A stretch of 64,000 bases of DNA from an uncultured virus (IMG/VR IMGVR_UViG_3300026336_000015) (lineage: Duplodnaviria > Heunggongvirae > Uroviricota > Caudoviricetes), in the IMG/VR virus record IMGVR_UViG_3300026336_000015; one strand, written 5' to 3'. Numbering within the stretch: position 1 is the stretch's first letter; every line of letters begins with the position of its first letter. The notes beneath the pieces were generated by a model. It was not told where the DNA came from. It ran no database searches and worked only from the letters and a program-made list of their open reading frames with translations. The translations under genes and the position numbers were made by a program. Shown here piece after piece: positions 58,255 to 64,000 of this stretch.

Positions 58255-59439
58255 ATGAGTTACAAAGGAATTGACGTCAGTTACTGCAACGGCCGTGTGG
58301 ACTGGGCGAAAGCCAAAGCTGCCGGTTTGCAGTTTGCCGTCCTCCAACTGGGGTATGGCAGCGACAGCACATCACAGGACGACGTACAGTTTGCGCGTAA
58401 TGTAAGTGAGTGTGAGCGCCTCGGGATTCCCTGGGGCGCTTATTTATATAGCTACGCGCAGACAGTGAGCGGCGCGCAGAGTGAACTGCAGCATATGCTC
58501 CGGCTGCTGCGCGGCCATCATCCACAGTACCCGGTGTTTATTGACATGGAGGACGCAGACGGATACAAGGCAAAGCACGGCGGCATCCCATCCAGAGAAA
58601 CCAATACAGCAATCATCAAGGCTGTGTGCAGCGGCCTGCAAAATGCTGGATACAAGGCAGGCTATTACGTCAATAAGGACTGGTACGAGAACAGAATTTC
58701 CCCGGCGCAGCTGTCGGCATATGAATTTTGGTATGCACGGCCGGGTGTGTCTGCACCGGACAAGTACTGCGATATTTGGCAGTCAGAGTTTGGTGAGGAT
58801 TCCGGCAAGTGGCCGGGAGCAAACATTCCCGGCAAGGGCTGTGACACGAATGTGTGCTATACCAATTATGGTGTAAACAGCAATGGCACACCCGCTGTCC
58901 GGACGCTGCCGGCACTTGCACCGGCCGGGGCAGCATTTGTCAGTGACACCAATACCGCCGTACCGCTCAAACACGGACAGTCCTACACGGTTAAGGTTAC
59001 CTGTTCGGCCGGTCGGCCGTCGCTGGCAGCAGGCACCGGCGGCACGGTAAACATCACATATCAGAATTGCAGTGGGAATAACTACTGCTTCAAACTGACT
59101 GCAACCGGAAAAGTGGGAGCTGAAACCGGCATCTACATTAACGGTCACAAGCCGTCTACTATGGTGGTGCGAATTGTCACCGCCTGCAGCAGTGATACGA
59201 CCGTCAACCTGTCCCGCAAGGTGGGGGAGTGTTACACGGTCGGGCTTACCAGCCCCACGAAGCCAACCGTCACAGCCGGAACCGGCGGAATTGTAACGAT
59301 TGCCGGTGTGTACGCGGATGGATCCGGCAAGTGGCTGTGTCCGATTGTGGCTGTGCATCCGGGTGCCACGGGAATCTACACCGAAGTTGCAGGTGAAGGA
59401 AGTCCGGTGAAGCGTTTTGAATTTGCGGTCACTGAGTAA
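58255..59439 (+). CDS. Endolysin, GH25 muramidase with C-terminal repeats
   Basis: KGIDVSY, GAYLYSYA, IDMED. Confidence 0.9.
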   Translation: MSYKGIDVSYCNGRVDWAKAKAAGLQFAVLQLGYGSDSTSQDDVQFARNVSECERLGIPWGAYLYSYAQTVSGAQSELQHMLRLLRGHHPQYPVFIDMEDADGYKAKHGGIPSRETNTAIIKAVCSGLQNAGYKAGYYVNKDWYENRISPAQLSAYEFWYARPGVSAPDKYCDIWQSEFGEDSGKWPGANIPGKGCDTNVCYTNYGVNSNGTPAVRTLPALAPAGAAFVSDTNTAVPLKHGQSYTVKVTCSAGRPSLAAGTGGTVNITYQNCSGNNYCFKLTATGKVGAETGIYINGHKPSTMVVRIVTACSSDTTVNLSRKVGECYTVGLTSPTKPTVTAGTGGIVTIAGVYADGSGKWLCPIVAVHPGATGIYTEVAGEGSPVKRFEFAVTE

Positions 59440-59452
59440 AGGAAGGGAGGAA

Positions 59453-59896
59453 ATGAAAAATGTAGCAGATACATATAATGCGCTCGTGGGCGGGGTGATT
59501 GCATTCTTTACCATGATTTTCGGCGAGCATTGGATTTTGTTCGCCGCTTTTTTGTTCCTGAATGTGATTGACTGGCTGTCCGGATGGTCGAAAGCCCGCA
59601 GGGTGCACAAGGAAAGCAGCAGCGTTGGCCTGAAAGGAATCGTCAAAAAGGTTTGGTACTGGGTAATCATTGCGATTGCCTTTATCCTTCCGGCGGCGCT
59701 CATGGAAGCTGGCAGCGTGATTGGCGTCGATTTGTCAATTACCCGATTCCTCGGCTGGCTGACGTTGGCAATGCTCCTAGTGAACGAGGTCCGCAGTATC
59801 ATTGAAAACCTTGTATGTCTTGATATCCCAGTGCCGGAGGTACTGATTAAGGGGCTTGCAATCACTGACAAAATTTTGCAGGACACACAGAAATAA
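59453..59896 (+). CDS. Phage holin
   Basis: DWLSG..KA....SS.VGLKGIVKK; NE..SIIENL. Confidence 0.85.
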   Translation: MKNVADTYNALVGGVIAFFTMIFGEHWILFAAFLFLNVIDWLSGWSKARRVHKESSSVGLKGIVKKVWYWVIIAIAFILPAALMEAGSVIGVDLSITRFLGWLTLAMLLVNEVRSIIENLVCLDIPVPEVLIKGLAITDKILQDTQK

Positions 59897-59923
59897 AATC
59901 AACAAAAAATGGAGGTACTTATT

Positions 59924-60403
59924 ATGGAACTTACAGTAGCAGTAATCATTTTCGCAGGTACAGCAATTATTTTCGGTGTCGGTTTTTGCATTGAAAAGGC
60001 AAAAAACGTAGGCAAAGGGAAACAGGTAGCTGAGGGTTTTGACAAAGCAGAAAAGGTTGTTGATGCTGTTGATGCGGCGGCAAATATTGCAGCGACCGTG
60101 GCGCCCAGTCCGGTTACGTCTACGTTCAAAGGCATTGCCGACCGCGCGGACGTTTCGACCAAAGCTGCAGAGCAACTGTATTTGAACGGCAGCATTACTG
60201 CAGATCAGCGCAAGGAGGAAGCAAAAACAATTTTAAAGCAGGCTCTTGGATTGGATGGCATTGCCTATGAAGGTGATGTATCTGAGCTTGGCAACAAAGC
60301 AATTGAAGCCGCCGTTTATGCGTTGGACAAGACCGGCACGAAAAAGGCTGCCAATACAATAGAGACAGCACAGACCACTAAACCAGCAACGCAGACCGCA
60401 TAA
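59924..60403 (+). CDS. LL-H-like holin / membrane protein
   Basis: N-terminal TM; AAEQLY...IEAAV. Confidence 0.6.
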   Translation: MELTVAVIIFAGTAIIFGVGFCIEKAKNVGKGKQVAEGFDKAEKVVDAVDAAANIAATVAPSPVTSTFKGIADRADVSTKAAEQLYLNGSITADQRKEEAKTILKQALGLDGIAYEGDVSELGNKAIEAAVYALDKTGTKKAANTIETAQTTKPATQTA

Positions 60404-60426
60404 TTGAGAATTTGAATGTATAAAGC

Positions 60427-60472
60427 AACGACCCTGACTTCACCATTACGGTGAAGTCAGGGTCGTTTTTTG
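60427..60472. terminator. Strong terminator hairpin ending the late operon
   Basis: Perfect 18-bp stem AACGACCCTGACTTCACC/GGTGAAGTCAGGGTCGTT plus T-tract. Confidence 0.85.
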
Positions 60473-60529
60473 TTATAAACATACTGGAAAATTCAGAGGA
60501 CAGGGGAGGCGGCTCAGTTTGCTCATAAA

Positions 60530-61117
60530 CTAACAGTTTACAATCTTACATTCGATATACTTGTGCAGTATTGGTGAGGATAATACTTGAAGCCTAGTAT
60601 TAGGGCAAAAAATGACTTCATTTTCATGCATATCGGAAATCAAGTCAACATATACGCATGGTGTACCTTTAGAAACATATATTTTCAATACCCTATAATA
60701 ATTCTGAGTGTAACTGTGACCCAGCACTGTGCTTGGAGTTAGCGTTGTACTGAGAAATGCTTTGTCATAAATTATACTGCCTTTTCTGATTATGTGAATG
60801 CCGCTCCACCTTTTCATTTTCCTAAATATAGGTTTATTCACATATCTATAAACAATAATATTTTGAGTACATGGATGCCTTCCAATTTCATTTATTACCA
60901 GCGAAATAGTGTTTTTAGTATTTGATCTTATATCGTTTTTTTGAAATCCTAAAAGATTATTATATATATAGTGAATACCTTGAGTATAATATCTAAAAAA
61001 GCATCCCACAGGTTTGGATGGTCGAATGTTCTAGTTTTGCATTTTTAGCAGCCAGTTGCCAAAATTTTTCTTACCCCATTCTGCGGCTTCTTTATCAGAA
61101 AAATCTCTATAGCACAT
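60530..61117 (-). pseudogene. VIP2/C3-like ADP-ribosyltransferase interrupted by an in-frame TAG (codon 29)
   Basis: RBS AGGAGG, ATG 61117, EAAEWG, TAG at 61033-61031, then VYRY, FLSTT, HENEV (R-S-ExE motif). Confidence 0.75.
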
Positions 61118-61283
61118 GCAAACCTCCTGAAATCAATTCTATTTCGCAATATTAGAATATGTCCAGCCACAAAATACTACGAAGTTTGGAAATACTCTGA
61201 CCCGCCCATTATTGCTATGACAGGCTCGTCCTCAATATCAAAAATAAAATGCAGCGAGTCTCCGCAGAGTTTAAACATTAAAT

Positions 61284-62891
61284 TTACCCAAGCAAATATT
61301 CGCAAACAGCGGCTACAGCAGCATTTTTTATTTGTCTTGCTCGAACATCAGCAATATACCGAGCTTCTTTTAATTTGCTTTCTTGAATGTCGATTAAATC
61401 GCCAATAGTTTGTATATTAAGTTCATGAAGTTTGCCCTTTTGCCAAGAGGTCAAATCAAGCGTATCAATGCTTTTTCCAAATTGTTTCATTATTGTTGCA
61501 TTTCCTGTAGGATCTATTACTGTTCCTTTGAGAGAATTAAATGAAGAATAGTTACTTCCGTATTCGGTCATTTTTTTAATGCTCAAACGTTTTGCAATGG
61601 AATATGCAGTTGTTGTGGGAACTGATTCTTTTGCGAATAAGCATCCTTCGTTGACTTCATAGCGTGAACCTATTTCGCTACGGGTTGCTCTTATGCCCGA
61701 AGAATGCTCACTTATAATTCCCGTGTATTCTAATAAACGCAATGCCTCTTTTACCTCTTGGGGTGCATTCCTATGGACCCAGAAAAAAGAACTTGTAGCT
61801 CCCATGTTTTCTTTTTGTGCGGTTGCTTTATCATTTTTTGATTTAATTTCTGGTATGACTTCTGTTTCAATAAAGTCTCGTCCCCAGTCAATAAGTTTCG
61901 CATACCCAGGATATTTATCAGATAAATTAGAGTGCTCAGCCCAAAGAGATCCTGTATAATACTCACGAATTACTTTGTTAATTGCAAAAGAATCCAGTTT
62001 CCCTGCCATTTCCACAGTTTTGAGCAAATGCCTTGGGTTTCCTCCAGAGGCATATGCAAGAATTGAAAAGTTTTGCCCACGTTTTGATAAAGTTGCTGAT
62101 AAGGTACTATCTTTTGCCTGCCGTAGTACCATTCCTTTCATCATTTCAACGTAGTTAGCATCAGTAGTTGATCGATTTAGGGTAATTCGTACAGCGTCAT
62201 GAAGTGGTTCAAAAGTATCTCCATATACAGTAACCCCAGGATACACCGCAGCGTTACATTTTATATAAGGAGATCGTAGGTCTCTAAACAGTGTAAAAAA
62301 TTCTCTTTGCTGTTGTGGATAAAATACATGTGCAGCCTCATCTATAAAAAGAACAATTCGTTTAATATCAAGTTCTTCACACAAATCCTGAACAACATTG
62401 ATAAAAGTATCTAATGATGGAACTCTTGAATCATCGATTATTGTTCCAGGAGTTTTCCACGATGACTCAAAAAGTTCTGTTACTTCTTCTAATTCGGATT
62501 TTTCTGGCTTTACGGTCGCTCCAAGCAATAATCCCAAACTATAATTAATAGTAGCAAGTTTCCCACGTTTTCTTAAGGCTCGTTGCAATTCTGAGCAAAT
62601 TTTTGAAAGCATCCATGATTGAAATTGATTGGTATTTCCTGATTGAAGAAGAGCTGCCTTACGAAAAGTAATAAAGACAGGAAGAATTTTATTAGTGTCA
62701 AAGCTGTCATCTAGTTGTGATTCGGCGACACGAAATAAAAATGACTTTCCAACGCCACGGCTACCAACCAGCAGGATTGGCGTTTTAGATTTCAGTTTAC
62801 AAATTATTTCTTCATCAGCAGGTGTTCCTACAAATAAATCTTTTATTTGTTCAGAATCCATTTCTTCTGTCCGATATATAAATTCACCCAT
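61284..62891 (-). CDS. P-loop (STAND/ORC-CDC6-like) ATPase with C-terminal HhH/alpha-CTD-like domain
   Basis: Walker A GSRGVGKS, Walker B LFIDE, GGNPR; C-terminal SIDTLDL...LNIQTIGDL. Confidence 0.75.
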   Translation of the reverse strand: MGEFIYRTEEMDSEQIKDLFVGTPADEEIICKLKSKTPILLVGSRGVGKSFLFRVAESQLDDSFDTNKILPVFITFRKAALLQSGNTNQFQSWMLSKICSELQRALRKRGKLATINYSLGLLLGATVKPEKSELEEVTELFESSWKTPGTIIDDSRVPSLDTFINVVQDLCEELDIKRIVLFIDEAAHVFYPQQQREFFTLFRDLRSPYIKCNAAVYPGVTVYGDTFEPLHDAVRITLNRSTTDANYVEMMKGMVLRQAKDSTLSATLSKRGQNFSILAYASGGNPRHLLKTVEMAGKLDSFAINKVIREYYTGSLWAEHSNLSDKYPGYAKLIDWGRDFIETEVIPEIKSKNDKATAQKENMGATSSFFWVHRNAPQEVKEALRLLEYTGIISEHSSGIRATRSEIGSRYEVNEGCLFAKESVPTTTAYSIAKRLSIKKMTEYGSNYSSFNSLKGTVIDPTGNATIMKQFGKSIDTLDLTSWQKGKLHELNIQTIGDLIDIQESKLKEARYIADVRARQIKNAAVAAVCEYLLG

Positions 62892-62896
62892 AGATG

Positions 62897-63613
62897 TCAG
62901 TCTCCATTTCTGCCATATAGTAATTGAATTTCTGGTAACATTCCTATGTTATGCATTATCGCATTTTCTAATGTCGGTAACAAGTCTTCACGAATAATTA
63001 ATTCTTTGAATCGAATAACAAGGGCTATGGATAATAAATAGGAGATGCTTTGAAAGCCGGAGGTGTATTTCCTTAACATATCTTGACTAAACTCGTTTTG
63101 GCCCGGCAGACAGTTTAACTTGCTGTAATTACCATGTATGTACTCGGAACATTCTCGATACACATTACTTGTAATGCTGTTTAGCTCTGCACTTCGATCT
63201 TCAAATTCTGGAGCATATGCACGGATAAAAGATTTACTAAAGATACCAGTATTGCTGTCAGTGATAGTTGCCCACTTCATGTCTTCATGTCCAGATTTCC
63301 ATCGTCTAAAGTAGAAGTCATTTGAGGACATATGAATACCATATAAACAGTGTTCCAAACATAACCGTAAAGAAATCATTGAATGTTTATACAATCCCTG
63401 GCAGCAAAACAGGTTTGCTGTTGCGCATTCATTCAAAGAGGAAAATAATAGTATTGATTGCGGAATATCTTTGAGACAAGTTACCCATGTCCTAAAGTCA
63501 TTCACAAATAGGAAACATTGATTTAAACTTTTTGCCTGGGGAGACCTCCATGTTGCGGATATTTGTGTTTTCATCCCTTCTAAAATTGCAAATTGCTCTT
63601 CTTCGTTATTCAC
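62897..63613 (-). CDS. Hypothetical helical protein, possibly HEPN-like
   Basis: LRLCLE and YRECSEYIH (R-x6-H); 5 nt upstream of the ATPase. Confidence 0.55.
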   Translation of the reverse strand: MNNEEEQFAILEGMKTQISATWRSPQAKSLNQCFLFVNDFRTWVTCLKDIPQSILLFSSLNECATANLFCCQGLYKHSMISLRLCLEHCLYGIHMSSNDFYFRRWKSGHEDMKWATITDSNTGIFSKSFIRAYAPEFEDRSAELNSITSNVYRECSEYIHGNYSKLNCLPGQNEFSQDMLRKYTSGFQSISYLLSIALVIRFKELIIREDLLPTLENAIMHNIGMLPEIQLLYGRNGD

Positions 63614-64000
63614 TATTTACACTTTCCTTCATTAATAATAATCTGTCAAAATTTGAGTCAAATTACTCCTTTGAACTTCGTATAATTGCTGAGCTGATGT
63701 GAAAACACAAAAATTTTCAAGGCAGTGATGCGTTATCCCATAAAAGAACGGAAATTTTAATATGATTGGTGATAATGTTTTACTTTTCATCAGTAAATAG
63801 CATTAAAATGGAGATTCAAAAAATAAGTACTTTATTTTCACATAGCCTGTGCTATAATTTACATCTGACTAGTAAGTTCATTATGCAAAATTGAAATACT
63901 TATGGTCCTCAGTGTTTTAGCAAATAGCCGAAAATACTTTACAACAATAAACCATTATTTACATTTTACCACTGGAAATTGTTTCTTTCAACTTTTTATT

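Larger units (their letters stand above)
1..60470. mobile_element. Temperate prophage, myovirus-type (contractile tail); probably extends over the accessory genes to ~63.6 kb. att sites not identified
   Basis: Canonical module order: integrase, repressor, replication, terminase, portal, capsid, sheath/tube, tape measure, baseplate J, endolysin/holin. Confidence 0.95.

Noticed and set aside
58783..59886. 367-aa minus-strand ORF
   Set aside because: Antisense shadow of the endolysin and holin genes
63614..64000. attR site
   Set aside because: attL lies outside the window (the integrase stop is at base 1), so no core repeat can be verified

Overview
The window is a near-complete temperate prophage of a low-GC Firmicute (Clostridia-like, inferred from the protein families and SigA-type promoters). 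It has a contractile tail (sheath, tube, baseplate J). Gene order: integrase and immunity region (1-6.4 kb), early/replication genes (6.4-28.8 kb; fused SbcD-SbcC, DnaD-type initiator with iterons, methylase, PcfK/PcfJ, RecU, beta-clamp, SSB), a tRNA/anti-defence/antirepressor block (28.9-31.8 kb), packaging, head and tail (32-58 kb), lysis (58.2-60.4 kb) and a minus-strand AT-rich accessory block (60.5-63.6 kb). The most striking element is at 7236-8766. A solitary RAMP/Cas7-like gene is followed directly by a ~350-nt non-coding array of six GGCA-delimited units. Each unit is 9-14 GGY-NN pentamers with variable NN, and a second gene follows the array. This looks like a phage-encoded RNA-guided system with a non-contiguous guide code, not a CRISPR array. 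Other notable items: a radical SAM/SPASM maturase with a 32-Cys substrate at the tail-fibre position; a PemK/MazF-like gene with a downstream self-contained repeat sRNA; a DUF2829/Tad2-like anti-defence gene; a HEPN-like + ATPase gene pair; an amber-interrupted ADP-ribosyltransferase; and a YefM-YoeB cassette inside the baseplate operon. All family assignments come from motif recognition by eye; no database searches were run.
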